62,824 nucleotides of DNA from Candidatus Pacearchaeota archaeon (GCA_018303925.1 JAGVXF010000010.1:1-62824), one strand, 5' to 3'; positions 30,474-41,079 are shown, counted from the first letter of the stretch. A program made the numbers and translations. Notes: a model not told the origin generated them from the sequence alone.

Positions 30474-31346
30474 TTATCCTTTTTTCTCTCTTACGATTTT
30501 TTCAACAAGCGAAATCATTTCTTTCATGAATTCTTCAGTTCTTTGTTGCCACATATCTATCTCTACACCTTTTAAATCAGAAATTTCTCTGTGATCTATT
30601 TTTTTGTGAAGATGATATAGGTCTTTGTACCACTCAACATATTTCAGTTTTAAAAATCCCCTGTCGACAAATGCTTCCTTTAAGTCAACCATAACATGTT
30701 CAGGAGAAGGTGGAAAATATCCTGATGCAATTAGCGCCCCATGCGCTGAGTCAACCATTGACCAGTAAAGCCCGTCAATTGCAGTCAGTTCCGCAGCCTT
30801 GCTTCTTGCTAAATGCATGGGAGCTCTTTGAATGCACTGGTAAATTGACTCGGGAGTCCCTTTAATTTTTCCTTTGAGCATAAGATATTTTAAAGGTTCA
30901 ATAAACCCGGCGTAATCAAGAATTGGAAAACCACTTCTTATTATGTTCAAAACAACAGGGTCTCCCTTTAGAAGGTCGTCCCACCAAGTAGATAATCTTA
31001 TTGTGTTTATATGAAGTTTTGCGTTATATGGGTTAGATTGAAGAATTTTATCAAGTTCTTCACGGTACCATGCAATTAATTCCTGATCCCAGTTAATTGA
31101 AACATCGTCGACAATTATTATTATGTCAATATCCGAACCCAAAGTCGCTTTTTCTTTTTCAACCGAACCAAAAAGAACAACTGATTTTATTATTTTATTA
31201 AATTTTTCATAAGATTTGAGCGCGAAATCAGTTGCAATTTCATGGTCTGTTTTAAGGTTCAGGCTTGGAATATTTTTTGGATTCTTCTTTGAACCTTTTT
31301 TTAAAACTTTTTTCACGACTGCTTTAGGATGCTTTTTTTTCACCAT
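30474..31346 (-). CDS. minimal nucleotidyltransferase + HEPN-like fusion
   Basis: VLFGS...SDIDI; LYWSMVDSAHGAL helical region. Confidence 0.82.
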   Translation of the reverse strand: MVKKKHPKAVVKKVLKKGSKKNPKNIPSLNLKTDHEIATDFALKSYEKFNKIIKSVVLFGSVEKEKATLGSDIDIIIIVDDVSINWDQELIAWYREELDKILQSNPYNAKLHINTIRLSTWWDDLLKGDPVVLNIIRSGFPILDYAGFIEPLKYLMLKGKIKGTPESIYQCIQRAPMHLARSKAAELTAIDGLYWSMVDSAHGALIASGYFPPSPEHVMVDLKEAFVDRGFLKLKYVEWYKDLYHLHKKIDHREISDLKGVEIDMWQQRTEEFMKEMISLVEKIVREKKG

Positions 31347-31456
31347 CTTATTCTTTAATATATATTTTCGGGTATTTAAATTTTCTTTATTTTCTTAATT
31401 AATGAATTTATGAATTTCAAAACCTCTTTAGCAAATTTTTGAAATAGTCTTTGGGC

Positions 31457-33304
31457 TTAAAATCCTCCACCACCCATTCTTCCGCCGCTTTCCCGGCCCT
31501 GACTTTGCTGACCTCCAAGGCTTTGGGGAAGCTGTGAAAATCCTGCTCCAAAAAGCTGGTAATTTGTCGATGGAAGCATTTGACCGTAACCTTCCATATA
31601 ACTTTGCTGAAAACCTCCGGCCTGCGACCAGTAAGGACCCATTGCCGCCGAATAAATAGGAGAGCCATATGCTTCTAAAATTTGGGGAAAAGGTGAAGTC
31701 TTGAAATGCTCAAACCATCCTCCGACTTCATTTATTTTTATTGCCTTTGCGCCTTCTTCACCCAATGCTTCTAAAAGCGCCTGAAAAGGAACATTTCCCA
31801 TTCCGGGGGGAAGATGGCTGTCATTAAAGCCAAAATTGTCTGTTAAATGAACTTTGTTTACATATTTTGAAACTTTTTTTGCCTCTTCAACAAGGTCTTT
31901 GTCAGTATATCCGAATTTTTTTGACATGTTCATGTGTCCAACGTCAAAAGTAACTCCTATTAACTTTGAAGCAATTTTCTCCGCTTCCCCATTTGAAACC
32001 CCTTTTTCTTTCACAAGTTTATCAGCAAATTTCTTTCTTGAAGCTTCAACCAAATTCTTTAAATCTTCCCCCTGGGAAAAACCAATATCCTGATACAAAT
32101 TTTCAATTGAAAGGGAAGGTGCCTTATCACCCTTTACTTCATACGCATGCATTGCAACATTTGAAAAAGTGTCTGAAGCCTTATTTATTGAAAAGGATTC
32201 TATCCCTTCAAGTATTTGAGGATTCACTTTTTTTAGTTTTTCAGCAAAAACCTGCATCGCATTTGCCTGATTTTGAAAGTCATGATAAACATAACTCATT
32301 CTCGCTTTTTCTTCTTCGGTCAATTTTCCGCTTTTAACTTTTTCAGGGTCAACACCATACAAATCTCTTGCAAATTCGTTGGACATTATTTCAAGTTCTT
32401 TTTTTTGGCCATCAGTTCCAAGTTCATAAGCTTTTGAAAAAGTGCCGTTCAAAGAACGATGAATGTCATCAAGATAAGCCCTTGCCGAATTTGTTTTTAA
32501 AACCAAATTTTTTTCATTGGGACCAAGCTGTCTGAAATATTCCTCATCCTCTCCTGACTTGATAGCCATTATCTGGGCTTCTTTAGGAATTTTTGAAATA
32601 ATATTATCAAAATTTACTTTTTGAAATTCTATTTTCTCAATCTGGTCTTCCCACATTGTTTTGTTTGCAATTTCGAGTTGTTTTTCAGGGGAGTATTTTT
32701 CTTTTCTTACCCCAAAATCAGGGTAAAATTTAGTATCCTCTTTAATTGGCCTTAATTGTCCCGTTTCCCTGTCAACAGCAACAAGCATATCAGTAACTTT
32801 TTTTCTTTCTCCGTTTTCATCATTTATATATTTAAAATTTGAACCTGCAGCGTTTGAGCCATGAATAGTTATAGGCATATTGCCTTTTTCGTCAATTATT
32901 GAGGCTTTGTCAATCATATCTTTAAGTTGCCTTTCCACAAGGAGCCTGTTTGATTCGTCCCAGCCCTGCTGTCCAAATCCCGACGGGTCTGTTCCCTGTA
33001 TCGGCGCATGAAGAGTGAGTTCAGCGCCGGCAAGTTTTGCTTTTCGCCTCATCTCTGCAAAATGCTGTTTCGGAATTTGTTCAAAAATTTGGGGAGAAAG
33101 AGTTCCAATTTCCATAATGGAAATTCCCTGGTTTAATGACTGGCTTAATGCAGCAATCTGATTTGCAACTCTTGGGTCAGTAGTCAATCCCAGTTGGCGG
33201 GCCGGAATCATTCCCTGCTTTCCCAGATAGGGGGAATCTTCACTTGGCATGAAAGAATCATAGCCCGGTTCATAAATGTTTTCAATAGTATAATCTTTTG
33301 CCAT
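31457..33304 (-). CDS. xylose-isomerase/AP-endonuclease-2-like TIM-barrel protein with large helical insertion
   Basis: LTLHAP, ITIHG, SIENL, TFDVGH, VHLTDNFG..DSHLPPG.GNV. Confidence 0.8.
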   Translation of the reverse strand: MAKDYTIENIYEPGYDSFMPSEDSPYLGKQGMIPARQLGLTTDPRVANQIAALSQSLNQGISIMEIGTLSPQIFEQIPKQHFAEMRRKAKLAGAELTLHAPIQGTDPSGFGQQGWDESNRLLVERQLKDMIDKASIIDEKGNMPITIHGSNAAGSNFKYINDENGERKKVTDMLVAVDRETGQLRPIKEDTKFYPDFGVRKEKYSPEKQLEIANKTMWEDQIEKIEFQKVNFDNIISKIPKEAQIMAIKSGEDEEYFRQLGPNEKNLVLKTNSARAYLDDIHRSLNGTFSKAYELGTDGQKKELEIMSNEFARDLYGVDPEKVKSGKLTEEEKARMSYVYHDFQNQANAMQVFAEKLKKVNPQILEGIESFSINKASDTFSNVAMHAYEVKGDKAPSLSIENLYQDIGFSQGEDLKNLVEASRKKFADKLVKEKGVSNGEAEKIASKLIGVTFDVGHMNMSKKFGYTDKDLVEEAKKVSKYVNKVHLTDNFGFNDSHLPPGMGNVPFQALLEALGEEGAKAIKINEVGGWFEHFKTSPFPQILEAYGSPIYSAAMGPYWSQAGGFQQSYMEGYGQMLPSTNYQLFGAGFSQLPQSLGGQQSQGRESGGRMGGGGF

Positions 33305-33371
33305 AATTGATATTTCTCACCCCGAGATTATTAAGAAAAAGATGTTTATTAAATTATTGAATTTTTTTAAA

Positions 33372-33788
33372 TTAGTAATCCACTTTTTTACTTCCAAATT
33401 CAATATAAAACATATCATAACCCGTTCTTTCTGTGGGAACATGAGAATCATCTCTACAAGCAAATTCACCTTTTTTTCTTCCTGTTTTTTCCTCATCAAT
33501 TACAATCTGTAATGTTTCAAGGTCATCGTGATTATGATTTTTCCTGTAAACATGCCTTTCAAATGAGATTCCGTTTTTGTCAACAGAAATTGAATAGTCT
33601 GCAGTTGAATGGTCGGCAGACTTTTCTTCAGGGTTAAATAAAAAAGAAATAAATTCTTTTTTTTATAAGAATACTGGACCATTGACAAGACTCAACGTAT
33701 ACTCTTTATTCCCTATTCTTAAATTTTCAAAATGGAACATATTTTTTTTGATTTCAGTTTTAACAACTTTTTCATCAATAAATTTCAT
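33372..33788 (-). pseudogene. hypothetical ORF interrupted by one in-frame TAA (33663-33665)
   Basis: MKFIDEK...GPVFL*KKEFISFL...KVDY*; 139 codons otherwise open. Confidence 0.55.
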
Positions 33789-33842
33789 GATAAACCCGTA
33801 GGAGTTTGGTTTAAATATATTTATGTGTAAAAATAAATAAGT

Positions 33843-34418
33843 TCAAATCTTTCTTTTTTTAAGGTAATCCTTTTTCATAGTGTCTTCGGGGGTTATGGGA
33901 TTCCATTCGGATTTTTCGTTTCCAACCATCTCTTCTCCGACTGTTTTAAGATGCTTGTAGAGTTGCTTTTGCTCTTCCAAAATTCTTTCAGTGGAAGACA
34001 TGTTGGGTCTTGAAAAATTAGTCTCCGGTTCAAAAGCCTGATATTTCATAAGTTCAGCCTTGGGTTTGGGTATATAATCAAAATTGTCCTCCTTACGAGT
34101 GTCATCATCTTTTATATTTTTGGTTGGTTCATCAATATCGCTTTCAGGAATTTCAAGCATATTTTCAAGAGAAACGTCTCTTTTTTGGCTCGTCAAAAAG
34201 TGCATCATACGGTTTTTAAATTCTGCTTCATCTTCAAGAGAAGTTTCAAGTTCTTCAAGCTCATCTTCGGAAAGCTCTTCTTCTTTATAAGGCTCATGGT
34301 CTTCAAACCAGTCCTGAGACTCATTATCTGCCCCATTTTCTTTTTTTTCTGCTTTACCTTTCTCTTTTTCTTTTCTGTTTTTTTCTTTATTCTCTTTTGA
34401 ACTTTCTTTTTTTGCCAT
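33843..34418 (-). CDS. acidic/charged hypothetical protein
   Basis: 191-aa low-complexity ORF. Confidence 0.65.
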   Translation of the reverse strand: MAKKESSKENKEKNRKEKEKGKAEKKENGADNESQDWFEDHEPYKEEELSEDELEELETSLEDEAEFKNRMMHFLTSQKRDVSLENMLEIPESDIDEPTKNIKDDDTRKEDNFDYIPKPKAELMKYQAFEPETNFSRPNMSSTERILEEQKQLYKHLKTVGEEMVGNEKSEWNPITPEDTMKKDYLKKRKI

Positions 34419-34478
34419 GTATGTGAAAAGAAAAAAGGATATTTAATTATTTGGGATATTGTTATTTGCTGCTAAAAC

Positions 34479-35861
34479 TTAGCTTGGAAAAGCAGACATT
34501 CCGTGGGCCCTTTTGTAAGTTTCAAAAAGTGCTTTTGTCAGAGTGGCTGTTTTTTCCTCAATTGAAGGGATAAAATATTCTTTTTCATACCACTTTAGGT
34601 GTCTTTTGTAAGGGCCAGTTTTTTTCTTTTCTTTTTTCTCTTTTTCTTGGGGGTCTTTTTTATTATAAACCCCAAACAATGCAAAGAAAGGATTGTCTCC
34701 GGGATGTTTCTTTTCTTTTTTTGTTTCTTCCTCTTTGTCATTTATATATTCATCAATATCCTCTTTAAGTACCTCAAGACTTTCTGTTGTTGCACCCTGA
34801 ATCAACCCAAGTGCATCATTAAGGTCAGATTTATCTATTTCTTCATAAATTTTTTTTATTTCACTGTCCATGAGAGCATAACCTTTGAAGTGAATTTCTG
34901 CTCTTCCCCCAACTACAAAACCAGCCTGGGTTCTTGACGGAATTCCCCTGAAGCTAAAATCCACTAGAATGCATGCATTGTATTTTTCCTCAACTGAATT
35001 AAGGAATTTTTCTGTTGCAAAAAAAGGGGGTAAATTTCCGGATTTTGCCTCCCCCTTAACGTCAAGCGTTTGTTTTCCAAATAAAGTAAGTTCTAACAAT
35101 AAAGAATTAAACATGTTTACAAGGTTTGGATTTCTCTTTCCTTCAGACATTTCAAGTTCCTGCGCTGCGCGTAGATACGGCTTTGCCCAGCGCGAATAAA
35201 TTTTAAGCGAATTAACCTGGCTTTTTAGGTAAGTTTTTTCAATATGAAATCTTTTTCTTAGTTCACCTTCCGACTCCTTAACCCATATATTAAATTCATG
35301 GAGTCTTGGCTTCAAAATTCTTTTAACAATCTGGTTTAAATCAAGTTTTTCAACTCCTTCTTCATCATCCACAACCAAAAAAGCATCTATTAGAGTATTA
35401 AATCCGGACTGCCCGAGAGCCATTGCTTTTATTGAAGAATTCCCTTTTTGAATATCCACTTTGTCCATCCATATCTGCTTTAAACTTAAAAGCGCCGATG
35501 CCTTTTCCTTAGAGTTTTTTAAATCGTCATAAGACTTAAGGCGGATTTTAAATTCCCTTAAGTCATAAATAAGATTAAGGATGCTTCTTAAAACGGTGTT
35601 TATGTCTCCTAAAAGTTTTGACCCTTGGTTTTGCATATAAGTCTTTCTCTGACCCATATCCCCAAAGTGCTGTGAGCCCGGGCTTGAAACAAAATTATCA
35701 ACTAATTTTTCGGTATTTAATCCCATGTCATTCATTAAGTCAAGAATAAAAAAATAAAGTGGTTCAAGGGTTTCGGTGGGTGAATCATAAACCAATTTGT
35801 GCTCCATCTTTGGCTTTTTTCCAATTACCTCTTCTATTATCTCTGAAATGGTTTTAACCAT
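34479..35861 (-). CDS. conserved hypothetical protein
   Basis: 460-aa ORF with LEPLYFFILD, LKQIWMDKVD, YSRWAKPYL. Confidence 0.8.
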   Translation of the reverse strand: MVKTISEIIEEVIGKKPKMEHKLVYDSPTETLEPLYFFILDLMNDMGLNTEKLVDNFVSSPGSQHFGDMGQRKTYMQNQGSKLLGDINTVLRSILNLIYDLREFKIRLKSYDDLKNSKEKASALLSLKQIWMDKVDIQKGNSSIKAMALGQSGFNTLIDAFLVVDDEEGVEKLDLNQIVKRILKPRLHEFNIWVKESEGELRKRFHIEKTYLKSQVNSLKIYSRWAKPYLRAAQELEMSEGKRNPNLVNMFNSLLLELTLFGKQTLDVKGEAKSGNLPPFFATEKFLNSVEEKYNACILVDFSFRGIPSRTQAGFVVGGRAEIHFKGYALMDSEIKKIYEEIDKSDLNDALGLIQGATTESLEVLKEDIDEYINDKEEETKKEKKHPGDNPFFALFGVYNKKDPQEKEKKEKKKTGPYKRHLKWYEKEYFIPSIEEKTATLTKALFETYKRAHGMSAFPS

Positions 35862-35936
35862 GTTTACTATTGGAAGAACATCTTTAAAAAATATTCTAAT
35901 GGGTAAATTTAAATAATTAAGAAAATTTAATACTTT

Positions 35937-36278
35937 ATGCCAATGTTCAAAAAAAAAGAGAAATATATTGATCTTTCTGAAAGAATGAGAAAACAGCAGG
36001 AAAGGGTCGAGGATTTTAAATCAAACATAAAAACCGAAAATAAAACGGAAAGTTCCATTTCTTCCGGAGGGGGATTTTTTAGCTTTTTTGGAGGGGGGGG
36101 TTCTGCTGCTTCGACAGCTTCAGCGGACTCTTCGTCTGACAGCCCTGAAGAGAGAAGAAAAAAACTTTCAAAAAAACTTTCAGACATGACAACAAAAATG
36201 GAAGACCTTGAAAACCAAATTTACCATTTGAAACAAAGGGTTGAAGTTCTTGAAAGAAAGCAAAAAATAGGATACTGA
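35937..36278 (+). CDS. hypothetical coiled-coil protein
   Basis: YIDLSE N-terminus, C-terminal coiled coil. Confidence 0.65.
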   Translation: MPMFKKKEKYIDLSERMRKQQERVEDFKSNIKTENKTESSISSGGGFFSFFGGGGSAASTASADSSSDSPEERRKKLSKKLSDMTTKMEDLENQIYHLKQRVEVLERKQKIGY

Positions 36279-36341
36279 TTAAAAAGTTTCCCCATTTTTT
36301 TAAAACAATAAATTAATAAAACTAAAAATTATCCTATTCAA

Positions 36342-36630
36342 ATGAATGCAACTTTTGCGAAAGATTCACTTAGATTTTTTCATATATTTACTTCTGTTGT
36401 CTTCGTTTTCTGTATGGGATTTTTAGTTTATGCGATTTTTTCAAATTATAGAGGTGAAATATGACGGAAAGTGCCCCTTAAGGAACCTTCACAAAAAACA
36501 TGAAAAGGATGAAAGGCTTATGAATGCATTTTTCCCTGAAAAAGTCGGAAATTTTTTGATAAGGGCTTTTGTTGTGGTCACAACAATAGTCTTTCTTTCC
36601 TGGAATATTATGGAATTTCTAATTAATTAA
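36342..36630 (+). pseudogene. frameshifted small membrane protein
   Basis: ATG 36342 TM segment stops early; GKCPL and a TM continue in another frame. Confidence 0.35.
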
Positions 36631-36660
36631 ATTAATAAACTTCCCAGACTAATTTTTGGT

Positions 36661-37863
36661 ATGATAAAGAATATTGATAAAAAGATTCGCGGATATGCGT
36701 TAAAAAATGCAATTGCCTACGGCGGAAAAGCAAATCCCGGCTCAGTTGTTTCGGCGCTTTTTAATGAAGGGCTTAAAAAGTCCGATGTGAAAGAAGTTAT
36801 GCCTAAAATTCAGAAAGTGATTAAAGAAATTTCTAAATTTAATCTCGATGAGCAAAAGAAAGAATATGAAAAATTTAAAGAAATTTTGTCCGAAAGAGAA
36901 TCGCGCGAGGGGATGCCAGAATTACCAAATGCAGAAAAAGGTGTTGTCATGAGATTTAGACCGGCGCCATCAGGTCCGCTTCACATTGGAAATATGATTG
37001 GGGCGGGTCTTCCGACTTATTTGTATATAAAAAAATACTCGGGAAAATTTTATGTAATTATTGATGACACTAATCCGGAAAAGACACTTTTTGAAAGCTA
37101 TGAAAATATAAAAAGGGACTGCGACTGGATGTTTGGAAATGTTACAAAATATGTCGTTTCTTCTGACAGGATAGATTTATATTATGCTTATGCTGTCGGG
37201 TTGATTGAAAAAAACAAAGCATATATTTGTGAATGTGAACCGGAAAAATTTAAAGAATTTTCAATGAAAAAAACCAATTGCCCATGCAGAAAAAAAAGCA
37301 TAAAAGAGAATATAAAAAACTGGGAAAAAATGCTGGATAAAAAAGGGTACAAAGAAGGCGAGGCCGTTTTAAGATTCAAATCTGACATGAAAGACCCTAA
37401 TCCATCTATGAGGGATTTTCCACTTGCAAGGATTAATACAACTAAACATCCAATGCAGGGGGATAAATATAGAGTTTGGCCTTTGATGAATTTGGTGGTT
37501 GCAGTGGACGATATGGATTTTGAAATGACCCATATTATAAGAGGGAAAGACCATAAAGACAATGCCGAAAGGCAAAAAATGATTTTTGATGTTTTTAAAA
37601 AAAAGTTTCCCTGGACTTTTTTTATCGGGAGAATAAAGTTTAAGGATTTGGTGCTTTCAAAAAGAAAATTAACCGAGGGAATAAAATCCGGTGAATTTTC
37701 CGGGGAAGATGATCCTCGGCTTGCAACGGTCATTTCTTTAAAAAAGAGGGGTTACAAACCCGAAGCTTTTTACAAATTTGCGGAGGAGAGAGGTTTAACC
37801 GAAGTTGACAAAGTCATAAGCTCCGGGGATTTTTTTAAGATTATCGACCAATTCAATAAATAG
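36661..37863 (+). CDS. gltX: glutamyl-tRNA synthetase, archaeal type, C-terminally short
   Basis: RFRPAPSGPLHIGN, DDTNP, CECxCPC, THIIRGKDH, LSKRK, DDPRLAT. Confidence 0.92.
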   Translation: MIKNIDKKIRGYALKNAIAYGGKANPGSVVSALFNEGLKKSDVKEVMPKIQKVIKEISKFNLDEQKKEYEKFKEILSERESREGMPELPNAEKGVVMRFRPAPSGPLHIGNMIGAGLPTYLYIKKYSGKFYVIIDDTNPEKTLFESYENIKRDCDWMFGNVTKYVVSSDRIDLYYAYAVGLIEKNKAYICECEPEKFKEFSMKKTNCPCRKKSIKENIKNWEKMLDKKGYKEGEAVLRFKSDMKDPNPSMRDFPLARINTTKHPMQGDKYRVWPLMNLVVAVDDMDFEMTHIIRGKDHKDNAERQKMIFDVFKKKFPWTFFIGRIKFKDLVLSKRKLTEGIKSGEFSGEDDPRLATVISLKKRGYKPEAFYKFAEERGLTEVDKVISSGDFFKIIDQFNK

Positions 37864-37961
37864 CAAAAAAGAAAAAATCATCAACGAAAACCTTTTTATA
37901 GTAGTTTTTATTATTAGTTAAAGCAGTAATGCTACGAGAAAATTTACAAAGGGGGTGAAAA

Positions 37962-39221
37962 ATGATAACGGGAAAAAAAGGATTGTCAACTGTTGTAACA
38001 ACATTGATAATGGTGCTTTTGGTTCTTGCAGCTGTAGGAATCATTTGGGTTCCAGTAAAAAATCTTTTGTCAACAAACACAAATTCACTTGACCAGACAA
38101 AGTGCTTTAGTGTAAATTATCAGGTTTTGAAAGTGAATGCTACATCAGGTAATATGTATAATGTTACTTTAAAGAGGTATGATACTGGAGGCAGCATTGG
38201 GGAGGTTGGAGCAAAAGTAATCTTTTATAATGATGCGGGAAGCAGTAGGACTCTTGATTTTGGCAAAATGTTTGGCGCACTCGAAGTACAAACATCTTCG
38301 CTTGATGCTGGATTTTCAGATGCAAATAGCGTAGAAGTTGCACCTTATTACATTGACCAAGCAACCGGGGAAGAAAAGATCTGCACAAACTCAGCAACGT
38401 TAGATTTTCGAAGGATTGAGGGGAGAGGAGGTCCGGGGGTTGTTTGCGGCAATGGAATTTTAGAAAGTGGAGAGCAGTGTGATTATGGCGCAAATAATGG
38501 GGTTGCATGTACTCCTCTTTATGGTGAGGAATGTGATTATTGCAGTACTAGCTGTCAGTTTGTAAATGTTCCGGGGGGAAATTGCGGAGATGGAACATGC
38601 GAGCCTCCAGTAGAAACGGAACTAAATTGTCCTTCGGATTGCGGAACTGTTTCTTCAGGGTTAGTTATAGAGTTAAGTTTTGAAAATAATGTCCAGGATA
38701 GTTCCGGAAATAATAACCATGGAACTTTGGTCGGAGCAACATATGTGACAGGAGTTTCAGGACAGGCAATTTCTTTTGATGGAGCTGGAGACTATGTGAG
38801 AATTCCTTATGCGGGGAATCTTCCTCAGGGAAGTGTTGCTTTCTGGCTGAAATCTTCCGGAAGTACAGGGAATACTCAAATATTTTTTGAGGGAGATGGA
38901 GCAGCTTATGCTTCAAGTCCGGGATTTGAAGGAAACGGCACCAAGTTTTATTTTCACCTTAACGGGGGTATATATACAATTCCAACAACATATAGTTCTG
39001 GAACCTGGATCCATTTTGTTGGAACATGGGATGGAAGTGTATGCAAATTATATAAAAATGGAGAGCTTGTTTCGTCGTTATCATGTGGAGCAGGAGAAAA
39101 TGGAATTACTCATTTTTATGTTGGAGGAAGGCTCTCAAGTTATAGCTATTATGGATTGATGGATGAGTTGAAGGTTTATAATCGTGCTTTGTCTCTTTCT
39201 GAAGTTGAGAGTTTGATGTAA
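37962..39221 (+). CDS. pilin-like (class III signal) surface protein with Cys-rich repeats and LamG/concanavalin domain
   Basis: KKG/LSTVVTTLIMVLL; CGNGILESGEQCD; DSSGNNNHG...WIHFVGTWDG...MDELKVYNRAL. Confidence 0.85.
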   Translation: MITGKKGLSTVVTTLIMVLLVLAAVGIIWVPVKNLLSTNTNSLDQTKCFSVNYQVLKVNATSGNMYNVTLKRYDTGGSIGEVGAKVIFYNDAGSSRTLDFGKMFGALEVQTSSLDAGFSDANSVEVAPYYIDQATGEEKICTNSATLDFRRIEGRGGPGVVCGNGILESGEQCDYGANNGVACTPLYGEECDYCSTSCQFVNVPGGNCGDGTCEPPVETELNCPSDCGTVSSGLVIELSFENNVQDSSGNNNHGTLVGATYVTGVSGQAISFDGAGDYVRIPYAGNLPQGSVAFWLKSSGSTGNTQIFFEGDGAAYASSPGFEGNGTKFYFHLNGGIYTIPTTYSSGTWIHFVGTWDGSVCKLYKNGELVSSLSCGAGENGITHFYVGGRLSSYSYYGLMDELKVYNRALSLSEVESLM

Positions 39222-39235
39222 GCATAAGAGGTCCG

Positions 39236-39804
39236 ATGGGGACTTTTGACAACACTTACTATAATTCTGCAGTTTATGATTTGTCGGCGGGTTTTCATAC
39301 ATTCACTTTTTATGGAATAGAAAGGGGAACTCTTCTTGATAATATACAATTACTTCCTTATTCAGAGAGTGCACCGACGGTGCCCGATAATTTTACTTTT
39401 CAATCTCAGATTTTGAGGAGACGGAGTTTGTAATGGTGCTGAAACATCGACGACATGCGCAAGTGACTGTGGAAATCTCCCTTTAAATTATTATGCTGTG
39501 ACTTTTAAAAAGGGGAGATTCAGGAAGCGATACTGAACAGGCTGGAGCTAAGTTAATCTTTTACAGCGACTCTGGAAACAGTCGGACACTTGATTTTATG
39601 GCTGATACACAAAACCCTCTTGACTTTATACCTGATGCACAAAGCACTCTGCCACCAACTTTATTCAAGGCGCTTGATATTCAAAAAGCAATTTTCAATG
39701 CAGGGATAGTCGCAAACAAGGTGGAGGTTATGCCATATTACCTTAATGAAAATGGTGAAGAGATGATACGCACAACTTCAACATCGTTAGATTTTGATTT
39801 ATAA
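39236..39804 (+). pseudogene. degenerate remnant paralogous to the upstream surface protein
   Basis: GAKLIFYSDSGNSRTLDF and VEVMPYYLNENGEE...SLDF mirror GAKVIFYNDAGSSRTLDF and VEVAPYYIDQATGEE...TLDF; multiple frameshifts. Confidence 0.65.
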
Positions 39805-39894
39805 ATTTATTTTTTTATAAATTTTGTTGGAAAAGAAGGCTTGAGGAAACAATGAAAGCTAAAATATAGGGAAAAGAGTTATTTGGGAAATCTG

Positions 39895-41079
39895 TTAATT
39901 ATTTTTTTCTTTTATAATATAAACTTCGTCGTTAACCCTTACTTTTGGAAGTTTTATTCCGACTTCTTCTCCCTTGGATGCCTTTTCTACCGAACTATTT
40001 TTTATCTCTAAACTTTCAATTTTTATTTTTTCAATCCCAGTCGTATTTCCTATAATTGCGATATTATCTCCAACTTTTAATTCTCCGGTTGAAAGAAGGA
40101 TTGCCCCTGCTTTTGCTTGTGGGTAATAGTGCGTGACTTTTCCTATAAATTGTTTTGTTGTTGTTGCCGATGAATTTTCAACAGTTGAAAAGTCGTCAGA
40201 TGTTGGAGTGCCAAGGTAAAAGCCTGACGAAAAGCCCCTATTGTAAACTTTCTTAAGTTCATCCAGCCCTTCTTTAATTTCCTCTTTTGTTAATTTTTTG
40301 TCAAGGGCTTTTCTGTAGATTCTGACGACACTATCCACATATCTTGCATCCCTATTTCTTCCTTCAATTTTGAAGGAGGTAATTCCGGCATCTTTTAGTT
40401 TTTCTATGAAGGGAAGGGAGCAGAGGTCCTTTGCTGACATCACAGTATTTCTGTTTATTTTTAATTTTCTTCCTTCATCGTCTGTTAGGATGTAACTTCT
40501 CCTGCAAACCTGCGCGCACATTCCCCTGTTTGCGCTTCTTTTGAAAAGGTGCTCCGACATAAAACATCTTCCTGAAACTGCAACACACATTGCACCATGA
40601 ACAAAGCATTCAACAGGAATTATTTTTGAAATTTCTTTTATCTGCTCTAAATTCAATTCTCTTGCTAAGACTATTCTTTCTGCACCGAGGTTTTTATAGA
40701 ACTTTGCCGATTCTGAGTTTGAAACAGAAGCCTGCGTTGAAATATGAAAAGGAATTTTTAATTTACGGCATAAGTTTATTACAGATAAATCCCAGCAGAT
40801 TACAGCATCGACCCTTCCCTTAACTTTTTTTAGAATCTCTTCAATTTTTTTTGTCTCTTCATCGTAAATAATCACATTTATAGTAAGATATTTTTTTATC
40901 TTTGCTCCGCAAATTTTATTTATTTTATCAAGTTCTTCAATTGCAAAATTTTTTGCGTTGTTTCTCATTGAGAATTCTTTTATGCCAAAATAAACCGCGT
41001 CGGCTCCCGCTTTAACTGCTGAAGAGAGCATTGAAAAATTTCCCGCCGGGGCCATAATTTCATATTTTTTATTTTTCAT
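39895..41079 (-). CDS. U32 family protein (TrhP-like tRNA hydroxylase/peptidase)
   Basis: EIMAPAG, GADAVYFG, HISTQAS, FVHGAMCVAVSGRC, KIEGR. Confidence 0.92.
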   Translation of the reverse strand: MKNKKYEIMAPAGNFSMLSSAVKAGADAVYFGIKEFSMRNNAKNFAIEELDKINKICGAKIKKYLTINVIIYDEETKKIEEILKKVKGRVDAVICWDLSVINLCRKLKIPFHISTQASVSNSESAKFYKNLGAERIVLARELNLEQIKEISKIIPVECFVHGAMCVAVSGRCFMSEHLFKRSANRGMCAQVCRRSYILTDDEGRKLKINRNTVMSAKDLCSLPFIEKLKDAGITSFKIEGRNRDARYVDSVVRIYRKALDKKLTKEEIKEGLDELKKVYNRGFSSGFYLGTPTSDDFSTVENSSATTTKQFIGKVTHYYPQAKAGAILLSTGELKVGDNIAIIGNTTGIEKIKIESLEIKNSSVEKASKGEEVGIKLPKVRVNDEVYIIKEKNN

